Shown one piece after another: positions 49,948 to 58,846 of a DNA stretch of 64,000 bases (position 1 is its first letter; the number at the start of each line of letters is the position of its first letter). Position numbers and translations under genes: made by a program. The stretch spans positions 800,001 to 864,000 of the forward strand of contig JAVZCZ010000001.1 in NCBI GenBank assembly GCA_038874135.1. Direction: 5' to 3'. Source of the DNA: Candidatus Woesearchaeota archaeon (GTDB lineage Archaea > Nanobdellota > Nanobdellia > Woesearchaeales > 0-14-0-80-44-23). The notes below the pieces were generated by a model. It searched no databases. It was not told the DNA's origin and saw only the letters and a program-made list of their open reading frames with translations.

Positions 49948-51170
49948 AACCCCAAAAACCCAAATTCAAACAAACCGAAATCGGAATGATTCCTGAGGAT
50001 TGGGAAGAAACAACAATTGGGGTTATCTGCAATATTAAAAATGGTAAAACTAACACGCAGGATGCTGTAGAGGATGGAGAATACCCTTTATTTGATCGTT
50101 CAGCGCAAATTAAACGAAGTAACAAATTTATATTTGATTGTGAAGCAATAATTGTGCCTGGTGAAGGAAAAGAATTTCTACCACGATATTTTGAAGGGAA
50201 ATTTGATTTACACCAAAGATCTTATGCTATTTGGAAAAAAGAAAATGTTAATCTAAAGTTTGTTTATTATTGGATTCTTAAAAATAGAGATTATCTCTCT
50301 AGAGTTGCTGTTGGTTCTACTGTTAGATCTCTAAGAATTGGTCATTTACAAAGTTTTCCATTAGGTTTACCTCCCCTCCCCGAGCAACGAGCAATTGCAA
50401 AAATTCTTTCTGACCTTGACTCTAAAATAGAACTATTACAAAAAATGAACAAAACACTTGAAACAATCGGCCAGGCAATTTTCAAGCACTGGTTTGTTGA
50501 TTTTGAGTTTCCAAACGAGGAAGGCAAGCCTTACAAGTCATCAGGTGGCGAGATGGTTTATAATGAAGAATTAGGCAAAGAAATACCGAAGGGATGGAGG
50601 GTTGGAGAATTAGGAAAATTTATAGAGTTTGTAAAAGGAAAAAAACCGAAAGTTGTTTTTAATACTGATAAAGAAGGATTACCACAAATACTAATAGACG
50701 TCCTAGAAGGAGGAAAACCTGCTTTTGTAGATCCAAAAGACATGATTATCTGCAATGAAGAAGATATTATTATGGTTATGGATGGGGCAAGCTCTGGAAG
50801 AATAGAAAGAGGATTTAGTGGTGTTTTAGGTTCCACTCTTGCAAAAATAAAAATAAAAGAATTAAATCAAGATTATATTTATTATTTACTGAAGAATAAG
50901 GAACAAGAAATTAAAGAAAATACTACTGGGACTTCCATTCCACATGCAGATAAAAAGAAAATAGAAAAATTTCTTATTGTTATACCGCCAAAAAAAGTTC
51001 TGGATATTTTTAAAAATAAAATCCTTTTAAAACAAATCGCATTAAAAAAAGAGATTAAAACCCTCTCCCAACTCCGCGATTCTCTCCTTCCTAAACTTAT
51101 ATCTGGCAAAATAAGAGTGCCTGCTGAGATGATAAAAGAGATGGAAAAGGAGATTGAAAAATCTACTTAA
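49944..51170 (+). CDS. hsdS: Type I R-M specificity subunit
   Basis: IPEDW…PPLPEQRAIA…IPKGW…LRDSLLPKL; two TRDs; ATGA overlap with the upstream gene. Confidence 0.95.
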   Translation: MKPQKPKFKQTEIGMIPEDWEETTIGVICNIKNGKTNTQDAVEDGEYPLFDRSAQIKRSNKFIFDCEAIIVPGEGKEFLPRYFEGKFDLHQRSYAIWKKENVNLKFVYYWILKNRDYLSRVAVGSTVRSLRIGHLQSFPLGLPPLPEQRAIAKILSDLDSKIELLQKMNKTLETIGQAIFKHWFVDFEFPNEEGKPYKSSGGEMVYNEELGKEIPKGWRVGELGKFIEFVKGKKPKVVFNTDKEGLPQILIDVLEGGKPAFVDPKDMIICNEEDIIMVMDGASSGRIERGFSGVLGSTLAKIKIKELNQDYIYYLLKNKEQEIKENTTGTSIPHADKKKIEKFLIVIPPKKVLDIFKNKILLKQIALKKEIKTLSQLRDSLLPKLISGKIRVPAEMIKEMEKEIEKST

Positions 51171-51184
51171 AAGGAAAGATTTAA

Positions 51185-51223
51185 ATATTAACTAAAGTTA
51201 ATATATATTAACTATGGTTAATA
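51185..51223 (+). promoter_or_regulatory. Tandem palindromic operator of MNT-HEPN pair 1
   Basis: ATATTAACT-AA-AGTTAATAT and TATTAAC-TATG-GTTAATA, 20-bp period, running from the TATA box across the ATG. Confidence 0.75.
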
Positions 51224-51762
51224 AATATAAACAAAAGTTAACATTATTACAACAAGAAATTTTGTCTTTGTTGTTTAGAAAAACAGGATTGTCTTTAAAT
51301 CAGAGACAAATAGCAAAAAATTTAGGAGTTAGCCAAGCAGGTATAACAAAAGCTATTCCATTGTTAGAAAAACTTGATTATGTCAAAATAAAGAAGGATA
51401 AGGAAACTGGCAGATGGTCAATAGAAATAAATCAAAGCAACAGAAGAGTTTTGCAGTTAAAAAGAGTGGAGAACTTAAAAAATATTTACGAAACAGGTTT
51501 TTTTGATTTTTTAGAAAAAGAATTTCCTGGAACAACAATAATTTTGTTTGGCAGTTATTCACGAGGAGATGACACAATAAATTCAGATGTTGATATTGCT
51601 ATTATTGGAACAAAGAGAAAAGAAATTGATTTATCAAACTATGAAAAATTGTTTGAAAGAAAAATAAATCTTAATTTCTACAGCTCTTTTTCAGAAATTC
51701 ATAAAAATCTAAAGGAAAATCTTGCAAATGGAATACTACTAGCAGGAGGATTTGAATTATGA
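51214..51762 (+). CDS. wHTH + minimal nucleotidyltransferase (MNT) antitoxin 1
   Basis: LNQRQIAKNLGVSQAGI HTH; LFGSYSRGDDTINSDVD (GSX10DXD). Confidence 0.9.
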   Translation: MVNKYKQKLTLLQQEILSLLFRKTGLSLNQRQIAKNLGVSQAGITKAIPLLEKLDYVKIKKDKETGRWSIEINQSNRRVLQLKRVENLKNIYETGFFDFLEKEFPGTTIILFGSYSRGDDTINSDVDIAIIGTKRKEIDLSNYEKLFERKINLNFYSSFSEIHKNLKENLANGILLAGGFEL

Positions 51763-52190
51763 GAGACTTTAAAGAATTTGTTAAAGAAGGTGTAGTCAAA
51801 AAACAAAAACCTGACAAATCAAGAGCAGAGTATTTAATTAATGAAGCCAATAAATCTTACAATTTACTTTTAATAAAAATTGAAAAATTAGGTGTTAATA
51901 ATGAAACTGCAAATGATTTAATTAAAACATGTTATGATATTATAATGGAGCTGATCAGAGCAAAAATGCTTTTGGAAGGTTATAATGCATCGGGCCATAG
52001 TGCGCATGAAGCAGAAGTTTCTTATCTTTCATTGATTAATTTTAATGAAAGAGACATACAATTTCTTGATCAATTGAGATATTTCAGAAATGGAATAATT
52101 TATTATGGAACTAATTTAAACAAAGATTATGCCGAGAAGGTTATAGATTTCACAAAAAGGATCTACCAAAAATTGAAGAATCAAAAATAA
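51759..52190 (+). CDS. HEPN-domain protein 1
   Basis: Helical protein coupled to MNT; LRYFRNGIIYYG. Confidence 0.82.
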   Translation: MRDFKEFVKEGVVKKQKPDKSRAEYLINEANKSYNLLLIKIEKLGVNNETANDLIKTCYDIIMELIRAKMLLEGYNASGHSAHEAEVSYLSLINFNERDIQFLDQLRYFRNGIIYYGTNLNKDYAEKVIDFTKRIYQKLKNQK

Positions 52191-52194
52191 AAAT

Positions 52195-52313
52195 ATGTTA
52201 ATATTTTTTTAACATTTGTTAATTATTTTTAACATATATTTTGTGGTTTATTTTTCAAAAGATTTAAATATTAATGTTAATTATTTTTAACATATGTTAG
52301 AAATATTTAACAC
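52195..52313 (+). promoter_or_regulatory. Four-copy palindromic operator array of MNT-HEPN pair 2
   Basis: TGTTAA-N6/7-TTAACA at 52195, 52217 and 52274, plus a variant at 52294; TATA at ~52263-52270. Confidence 0.78.
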
Positions 52314-52806
52314 TTTGAAGCCTTTCTTTGAAGATTGTTATAGACGTATTAATGTTCGCGAATATGCAAGAATTCAAAAAATAAGCCCGCCAACAGCTTC
52401 AAAGATTCTTGAAAAATTGCATAAAGAAGGTTTGCTCAAAAAAGAAGAAGAGAATCTTTATAATTATTATTTCGCAAATAAAGATTCTGAGTTTTTCATA
52501 GAATTATCAAGAATTTATTGGAAAAGAATATTAGAAGATTCAGGATTGTTAGAAGAACTAGAAAAAAATCTGCTAAATCCGATAATTTATCTTTTCGGTT
52601 CTTTATCAAAAGCAGAAGCGAAAGTTGATTCTGACGTCGATTTAGCAATTTTCACGCCAGCAAAAAAAGAAATTAATCTTGAAAAATTTGAAAAACTTCT
52701 AAAAAGGAAAATACAGATTTTTGTTTTTAAGGATATGAAAGATGTAAAAAACGAAGAACTGCTTAAAAATATACTAAATGGTTTCAAAATAAAAGGAAGC
52801 TGGTAA
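52294..52806 (+). CDS. wHTH + MNT antitoxin 2
   Basis: INVREYARIQKISPPTASKIL HTH; LFGSLSKAEAKVDSDVD. Confidence 0.9.
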   Translation: MLEIFNTLKPFFEDCYRRINVREYARIQKISPPTASKILEKLHKEGLLKKEEENLYNYYFANKDSEFFIELSRIYWKRILEDSGLLEELEKNLLNPIIYLFGSLSKAEAKVDSDVDLAIFTPAKKEINLEKFEKLLKRKIQIFVFKDMKDVKNEELLKNILNGFKIKGSW

Positions 52807-52807
52807 A

Positions 52808-53212
52808 ATGGACTGGAAAGAATGTTTAAAACAAAGAATTGCGAAAGAAACAAAAGAAGATAAAAATCTAGTAAAATCTTTATTAGAAACAGCAGAAATA
52901 AAATTAAAGTCTGCTGATTCTTTGACTGATGAATTTTTTATAAGCAAAATCTCTTTATTGTATGATTCTCTAAGAGAAATTCTAGAAGCACTAGCTATTA
53001 AAAAAGGGTTTAAGATTTATAACCATGAATGCTACACGGCTTTTCTAAAGGAGATAATAGGTTTGTCAAGGGAAGCAGATATTTTTAATGATTTGAGAAA
53101 AACTAGAAATGATATAAATTATTATGGAAAAAAACTTGAAAAAGAAGAAGCAAAAGTAATTATAGAAAAATTAAAAAATTTGATTTCAAAATTTAAAAAT
53201 ATAATAAAATGA
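52808..53212 (+). CDS. HEPN-domain protein 2
   Basis: YNHEC…[12 protein letters not shown]. Confidence 0.82.
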   Translation: MDWKECLKQRIAKETKEDKNLVKSLLETAEIKLKSADSLTDEFFISKISLLYDSLREILEALAIKKGFKIYNHECYTAFLKEIIGLSREADIFNDLRKTRNDINYYGKKLEKEEAKVIIEKLKNLISKFKNIIK

Positions 53213-56200
53213 AAAAAGCACTCTCTGAATCGGATGTTGAGGAATTTGTCTTATCACTTTTGGAAAGCTTGGGCTATGAAATAATAAGAGGTAATAGTGA
53301 GGATTACTTACCAAATGGAAGATATGCTCTAAGACAAAGATATGAAGATGTTGTGCTTGTTAGCAGGCTGCGTGAGGCTTTAAGGAGGATTAATCAACAG
53401 GCTTCAGAAGAAGCGAGAGAGCAAGCAATAAAAGAAATTCAAAGGATAGGAAGTCAAAAACTGATTGTGGACAATGAGACCTTTCATAAGATGCTTACTG
53501 ATGGTATCAGTGTTCCAATTACAAAAGCTGGTGAAGAAAGGCATGTTTTGATTAATTTGTTTGACTTTAAAGATATAAAAAATAACGATTTTCTTGTTGT
53601 TAATCAATTTACAGTAATAGAAAACAATGTTGAAAGAAGACCTGATATTGTTTTGTTTGTTAATGGTTTGCCTTTGGTTGTTATAGAGTTAAAAAATCCT
53701 GCTGATGAAAATGCAACAATTTGGACAGCATACAATCAGTTTCAAACATATAAAGAACAGATACCATCTTTGTTCAAATATAATGAGATCTTGGTTATTA
53801 GTGATGGCATAGATGCAAGAGCAGGCACGATTACTTCTGAACCAGAAAGATTTATGCAATGGAAGACAATAGACGGAGAAAAACCAAAGCAAGGATTAAC
53901 AGAAATAGAGATTTTGATTAGAGGAATGCTCGACAAAGAAAGACTTCTAGATATTGTAAGAAACTTTATTGTTTTTGAAAAAGATAAAGAAACAAAAAAG
54001 AAATTGGCAGCGTATCATCAATATTGGGCAGCAAACAAAGCGTTAGAGTCAACAATACAAGCAAGAAAAACAAACAAGAAAGCAGGTATTGTATGGCACA
54101 CACAAGGTTCTGGGAAGAGCCTAACAATGATATTTTATGCAGGAAAGTTAATTAAAGAGCTCGATAATCCAACAATAGTTATTCTTACAGATAGAAACGA
54201 CCTTGACGATCAGTTATTTGGAACATTCGGCAAATGTCAAGATATTTTAAGACAAAAACCAGTTCAAGCAAACACAAGAAAAGAATTACAAGAATTACTC
54301 AAGGTCTCTTCAGGGGGGATAGTTTTTACAACAATACAAAAGTTTTTCCCAGAGGAAGACAGAGAAAAATATCCTGTGCTTTCCCAAAGAGACAATATTA
54401 TAGTTATAGCAGACGAAGCTCACAGAAGCCAGTATGGTTTTACAGCAAAAATACTAAAAAAAGAGGATAGAGCATTAATTACTTACGGTTATGCAAAGTA
54501 TTTGAGAGACGCTTTGCCTAATGCATCATTTATTGGCTTTACTGGAACCCCTATAGAAAAAGCAGATAGATCAACTCCTGCAGTTTTTGGAAAATATGTT
54601 GATGTTTATGATATAGAACAAGCAGTAAATGATGGTGCAACTGTAAGAATTTTTTATGAAAGCAGATTAGCAAAACTGGAGTTAAAACCAGAAGAAAGAC
54701 CAAAAATAGACCTTGAATTTGAAGAGGTAACAGAAGGAGAAGAGATAGCACATAAAGAAAGGCTAAAGAGCAAATGGGCAAGATTGGAAAAAATTGCTGG
54801 CGCTCCAAAAAGAATAAAAAGAATTGCACAAGATATTGTTAATCATTTTGAACAAAGGCTTTCTGTTCTTGATGGAAAAGGAATGATTGTTTGTATGTCA
54901 AGAAGAATATGCATCGACCTTTATAATGAAATAATAAAATTAAGACCAGCATGGCATAATGAAGATGATGACAAAGGGTTTATCAAAGTCGTAATAACAG
55001 GCTCTGCTTCGGATTCAAAAGAATGGCAAAAGCATATAAGAAACAAAGTCAGAAGAAAGAAAATAGGCGATAACTTCAAGGATCCAGAACATGAAATTAA
55101 ACTGCTTATTGTAAGAGACATGTTCTTAACTGGTTTCGATGCACCGAGTTTGCACACAATGTATCTTGACAAACCAATCAAAGGTCATACTTTAATGCAG
55201 GCAATAGCAAGAGTTAATAGAGTTTATCCCGGAAAGGAAGGCGGTTTAATTGTTGATTATATTGGTATTGGTGCTGAATTGAAAAAAGCCTTGATGGATT
55301 ATACAGAAAGCGGAGGTAAAGGAAAGCCAATATTAGACCAAGAAGAGGCAGTTAAATTAATGCTCGAGAAATATGAAACTGTAAAGGATATGTTTTATGG
55401 TTTTAATTATAAGAAATTTTTTGAGCTTCCACCAAAAGAAAAATTGGCTTTCATACCAAATGCAATAGAACACTTACTAAAAGAAGCAGGGAAAAAAGAA
55501 AGATTTGTAAAAGAAGCCACAGCTCTTATAAAAGCGTTCTCTTTGTCAGTTCCCCACGAAAAAGCTATGAAAATTAAGGAAGAAGTTGCTTTTTTCCAAG
55601 CAATAAAATCGATAATATCAAAAACAATTGAAACCAAAAAAGATGTAAAAGAAAAATATGAAACGGCGATCAAACAGATTATCTCAAAAGCAGTGATCTC
55701 TGATAGAATTATAGATATATTTGAGGCTGCCGGAATTCAAAAACCCGAGCTTTCAATTTTATCAGATGCTTTTTTAGCAGAAATAAAAGAGATGCCTCAG
55801 AAAAACTTGGCGTTTGAAGCTCTAAAAAAATTATTGAACGATGAGATCAAGATAATTTCAAAAAGAAATCTTGTTCAAGGCAAATCTTTCATGGAGATGC
55901 TAGACACAACAATAAAAAAATATACAAATAGAGCTGTAGAGGCTGCGCAAGTTATAGAAGAATTAATAGAGTTGGCAAGAAAAGTTAGAGAAGAAAAAAA
56001 CAGGGGAAAAGAGCTTGGAATGAGTGAAGATGAACTTGCATTTTATGATGCGCTTGAAGTTAATGATAGCGCAGTTAAAATACTTGGTAATGAAACCTTA
56101 AGAAAAATAGCGCTAGAACTAACGCAGATGATAAGAAAAAGTGTTACAATAGACTGGACACAGAGAGAAAGTGTTCAAGCAGAGTTGCGTCTTAAAGTAA

Positions 56201-56307
56201 AGAAAATACTGAGAAAATATGGTTATCCTCCTGACAAAGAGAAAAAGGCAACAGAAACCGTCTTAAAACAAGCAGAGTTGGTTGCTGGAAATTTAGTTGC
56301 TGTTTAA
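53209..56307 (+). CDS. hsdR: Type I R-M restriction subunit
   Basis: [51 protein letters not shown]. Confidence 0.97.
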   Translation: MKKALSESDVEEFVLSLLESLGYEIIRGNSEDYLPNGRYALRQRYEDVVLVSRLREALRRINQQASEEAREQAIKEIQRIGSQKLIVDNETFHKMLTDGISVPITKAGEERHVLINLFDFKDIKNNDFLVVNQFTVIENNVERRPDIVLFVNGLPLVVIELKNPADENATIWTAYNQFQTYKEQIPSLFKYNEILVISDGIDARAGTITSEPERFMQWKTIDGEKPKQGLTEIEILIRGMLDKERLLDIVRNFIVFEKDKETKKKLAAYHQYWAANKALESTIQARKTNKKAGIVWHTQGSGKSLTMIFYAGKLIKELDNPTIVILTDRNDLDDQLFGTFGKCQDILRQKPVQANTRKELQELLKVSSGGIVFTTIQKFFPEEDREKYPVLSQRDNIIVIADEAHRSQYGFTAKILKKEDRALITYGYAKYLRDALPNASFIGFTGTPIEKADRSTPAVFGKYVDVYDIEQAVNDGATVRIFYESRLAKLELKPEERPKIDLEFEEVTEGEEIAHKERLKSKWARLEKIAGAPKRIKRIAQDIVNHFEQRLSVLDGKGMIVCMSRRICIDLYNEIIKLRPAWHNEDDDKGFIKVVITGSASDSKEWQKHIRNKVRRKKIGDNFKDPEHEIKLLIVRDMFLTGFDAPSLHTMYLDKPIKGHTLMQAIARVNRVYPGKEGGLIVDYIGIGAELKKALMDYTESGGKGKPILDQEEAVKLMLEKYETVKDMFYGFNYKKFFELPPKEKLAFIPNAIEHLLKEAGKKERFVKEATALIKAFSLSVPHEKAMKIKEEVAFFQAIKSIISKTIETKKDVKEKYETAIKQIISKAVISDRIIDIFEAAGIQKPELSILSDAFLAEIKEMPQKNLAFEALKKLLNDEIKIISKRNLVQGKSFMEMLDTTIKKYTNRAVEAAQVIEELIELARKVREEKNRGKELGMSEDELAFYDALEVNDSAVKILGNETLRKIALELTQMIRKSVTIDWTQRESVQAELRLKVKKILRKYGYPPDKEKKATETVLKQAELVAGNLVAV

Positions 56308-56670
56308 ATACAAAAAATAGATGCTTGGATCAAGTCTGTTGACAGAGGGTTTTATGATGTTCCCTATACTTATCGCAAAGGAACACATCAAGTTTGGGTA
56401 AAATTTAACCCCGACTTCTTTATCAAGATAGGAAAAGACATTATGGTTGTAGAGATAAAATCTGACGAAGCTATCGCCGAAGGAAATAAAGCCAAATTGA
56501 AATATGCTAGAATACACTTCGAAGAATTGAATAAAAAGCAGAAGAAACTTAAATATTATTCCAAGTTCCTTTCCCCACAAGATTTTCTACAATTTTTTTA
56601 AGCCATAAAATCTGGAAATTATGCAGAATATACTAGTAATCTTGAAGCCGAAATTAAAAGGCTAATTTAA
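56308..56670 (+). pseudogene. 3' remnant of a type III Res-like endonuclease domain
   Basis: No 5' end; IDAWIKSVDRGFYDVPY…FNPDFFIK…VVEIKSD…; internal TAA at 56599-56601. Confidence 0.72.
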
Positions 56671-56671
56671 A

Positions 56672-56762
56672 AGAATAGACCTAGAAATTGACGAGCTCGT
56701 CTATAAGATTTATGACATAAACTGAAGAGGAGAAGAAAATAATTGAAGAAAGTTTCAAATAA
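56672..56762 (+). pseudogene. Extreme 3' remnant of a type IIG/Eco57I-like R-M gene
   Basis: RIDLEIDELVYKIYDI, 1-nt frameshift, TEEEKKIIEESFK*. Confidence 0.65.
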
Positions 56763-56891
56763 CGCCGCCCCGTCTTCTAATAAAAAACGAAAAATCTCCT
56801 AAAATTTCCGCCACGATCCATTTTTACTCTCCTCACAGCTTCACTGTTCGTCGGCACGTTGCACTCGTTCGCCCAAATTTCCCCAACAGGA

Positions 56892-56918
56892 AACTTCGTT
56901 AAATCGCATATGTTAGTT
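56892..56918 (+). repeat. attC-like site 2 (right arm only)
   Basis: AACTTCGTTAAAT-N7-GTTA is shared with 47077-47100. Confidence 0.55.
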
Positions 56919-56974
56919 GCAATTTGCCCCCTCGCTACGAAATGGAAAACGAACGGAAGCCCAACTGCAAACGC

Positions 56975-57322
56975 CTAATGCAACTTATCAATACGATTTT
57001 TTAGCTGATTCTTTAAGAATTTATTTAATGCTTCATCAACAGTTCTTTCTTCGGTTACAATTGGTGTGATGTTGCTGTTTACTAAATCTGAATAAATTCT
57101 TTGCCCCATTCCATAACTGATCACAATCTCACAATCTTTTACATTCTTAATCATGGCTGAATGGTCACAACTTCCACACTCGCTAGAGCTTTTACCAATA
57201 TTTTCCCTATAAGTTCTATTAATCACCTTTCCATTTTGAATATCAAACACTACAAAACCCATTGCTCTACCAAAATGGGGAGATATTGTTTTTTTGTCAT
57301 CACTTGCTATTGCTATCTTCAT
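56975..57322 (-). CDS. NifB/NifX-family (FeMo-cofactor-binding-like) domain protein
   Basis: MKIAIAS…SPHFGRA…ISYGMG. Confidence 0.9.
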   Translation of the reverse strand: MKIAIASDDKKTISPHFGRAMGFVVFDIQNGKVINRTYRENIGKSSSECGSCDHSAMIKNVKDCEIVISYGMGQRIYSDLVNSNITPIVTEERTVDEALNKFLKNQLKNRIDKLH

Positions 57323-57653
57323 CTTGTAACCCCCTCCTCTGACAAAAACCTCTGCCTTTTCTTATAAATTTAAAATTTCCGCCCTCAATTTTAAGGGCTT
57401 TTCCATTTACAATAGAATCAGCAATTTTTTTCCTGGCTGATAAAATTAACCTATGAAAAGTTGGCTGTGAAATATTCATTTTTTTGGCACATTCTTCTTG
57501 TTCCAAGCCTTCTAAATCTTTTAATCTTACAGCTTCAAATTCATCAAGAGTAAGAATTGATTCTTCTAAATCTGATACCGGAATTCCTCTCGGCTTAAAA
57601 TAAGTAACATTTGGTTTTGAAAAGATTCTCCTGCAAAGCCTCGGTCGTGCCAT
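57300..57653 (-). CDS. DUF134 (UPF0251) DNA-binding protein
   Basis: MARPRLCR…FKPRG…DEFEAVRLKD…MNISQPTF…ARKKIAD. Confidence 0.93.
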   Translation of the reverse strand: MARPRLCRRIFSKPNVTYFKPRGIPVSDLEESILTLDEFEAVRLKDLEGLEQEECAKKMNISQPTFHRLILSARKKIADSIVNGKALKIEGGNFKFIRKGRGFCQRRGLQDEDSNSK

Positions 57654-57689
57654 ATTATGAATACTTATTCACATTTCTATTTAAACCTT
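57654..57689 (-). promoter_or_regulatory. Promoter/operator of the DUF134 gene
   Basis: ATTATGAATACTTATTCACATT next to CTATTTAAACCTT (TATA/BRE on - strand). Confidence 0.72.
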
Positions 57690-57717
57690 ACGAAAATAAA
57701 AAAGCAAAAGAATAAGC

Positions 57718-57954
57718 TTACTCCATTTCTTTCAATTTTTTCTCTATCTCTTGCTTTTCCAAATCTATTTCTTTGAGCTCTGCTTCGAGGATTTTCTTTT
57801 CTTCTTCTTTCGTTAAGGTTACTTGTCTTCTAAATCCAACTCCTCTTCTGTAACCTCTGCTAAATCCTCTTCGCATTCCATAACTACAAGGTCCAAGTCC
57901 TCTTCCTGTTAGAGGTCCTAAACCTAAAGGTCCTGTACCGTCTTGTCCTGGCAT
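57718..57954 (-). CDS. DUF5320 family protein
   Basis: MPGQDGTGPLGLGPLTGRGLGPC, Gly/Arg-rich segment, coiled coil; GGAGGTG RBS. Confidence 0.88.
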   Translation of the reverse strand: MPGQDGTGPLGLGPLTGRGLGPCSYGMRRGFSRGYRRGVGFRRQVTLTKEEEKKILEAELKEIDLEKQEIEKKLKEME

Positions 57955-57974
57955 TTTGTTCACCTCCTTATGTT

Positions 57975-58013
57975 TAATTATGAATATATATTCATAATTA
58001 CTATTTAAACCTT
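57975..58013 (-). promoter_or_regulatory. Promoter/operator of the DUF5320 gene
   Basis: Perfect 26-bp palindrome TAATTATGAATATATATTCATAATTA next to CTATTTAAACCTT. Confidence 0.78.
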
Positions 58014-58160
58014 TCGGTTTTTCGTGGTGGGGCTTCTAAAATATGGTCTGTTACGCAGAAATAATAATAAATGTTCGATGGCAAAAATTCAGAGCTGTTG
58101 ATTCTGCATAAATTTGGTGATAAAAATGAAGATTTTTAATGTTTAAGGCATCAACATTAA

Positions 58161-58172
58161 GTTAACAGAACC
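58161..58172 (-). repeat. Right terminal inverted repeat
   Basis: GTTAACAGAACC is the reverse complement of 44837-44848. Confidence 0.9.
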
Positions 58173-58180
58173 AAAGTGAA
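58173..58180. repeat. Right 8-bp target-site duplication AAAGTGAA
   Basis: Identical to 44829-44836. Confidence 0.88.
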
Positions 58181-58214
58181 AAAATTTTTAAATAGCTTCA
58201 AAATTCTTTATGTT

Positions 58215-58835
58215 ATGTTATTCCTCTCATTTTCTGAACTGATTGACCTGGTTGCGATGATAATATTCCTCGGTTTAATATTCTGGGACATATTCAGGAT
58301 TCCGCACACATCCTATTCAGCATATGAACCACTTGAAGAGGTCTACCTTAAAAAGAGAAGGAACAATAGAACCTTCTTAGGAATTCCTGCAAGGGACTTT
58401 TGGAACTCAGTAATGATAGTTGCCCCGGCAATAGCTCTTCACGAGATGGCGCACAAATTTTTAGCAAACTCATTTGGTATTCAAGCAGTTTTTCACGCCA
58501 GCTACTTCTGGCTCATATTAGGCTTGATCCTCAAGCTTGTGAGATTTCCATTTCTAATATTTGTGCCCGGATATGTAAGCATATACGGCTCTGGGACACC
58601 CCTGCAGAATGCAGCTGTCGCGTTTGCGGGGCCAGCAGCCAACCTGCTGCTCTGGCTTGGCTCCCTGATTTTATTGAAGAGTCGCATTAGGATTTCCTCA
58701 GATAAAAGGATGCTTCTGGCTTTAAGCGCCAGGGTGAATATGTTTCTTTTCCTCTTCAACATGCTACCCATACCGCCCTTTGACGGCTTTTCAGTCTTTT
58801 CAAACTTGTTTGTCTTGCTGAAAGCGTTTTTCTAA
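58215..58835 (+). CDS. M50 (site-2 protease) family metallopeptidase
   Basis: LHEMAH, AGPAAN, NMLPIPPFDG. Confidence 0.9.
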   Translation: MLFLSFSELIDLVAMIIFLGLIFWDIFRIPHTSYSAYEPLEEVYLKKRRNNRTFLGIPARDFWNSVMIVAPAIALHEMAHKFLANSFGIQAVFHASYFWLILGLILKLVRFPFLIFVPGYVSIYGSGTPLQNAAVAFAGPAANLLLWLGSLILLKSRIRISSDKRMLLALSARVNMFLFLFNMLPIPPFDGFSVFSNLFVLLKAFF

Positions 58836-58846
58836 ATAAAAGAATA

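Larger units (their letters stand above)
44837..58172. mobile_element. 13.3-kb TIR-bounded element without transposase (IS6-like ends) carrying defence cargo
   Basis: Perfect 12-bp TIRs, 8-bp TSD, and a visible shift to AT-rich composition at both ends. Confidence 0.88.

Noticed and set aside
52195-52313. Short repeats as a CRISPR array
   Set aside because: Only about 20 bp, irregularly spaced, no spacers and no cas genes; they fit operators. No CRISPR array was seen anywhere in the window.
56293-56580. 95-aa minus-strand ORF
   Set aside because: Antisense shadow of the plus-strand Res-like remnant.
56975-57322. Nitrogen fixation inferred from the NifB/NifX-like gene
   Set aside because: The domain is widespread in non-diazotrophs, and no nif structural genes are present.
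58060-58165. Possible transposase 3' remnant ending in the right TIR (…FKASTLS*)
   Set aside because: The stop falls within the TIR as in some IS elements, but the frame is only about 11 codons with no DDE motif.
58176-58214. GTG start for the M50 peptidase
   Set aside because: It lies inside the TSD and upstream of the TATA box; ATG 58215 fits better.
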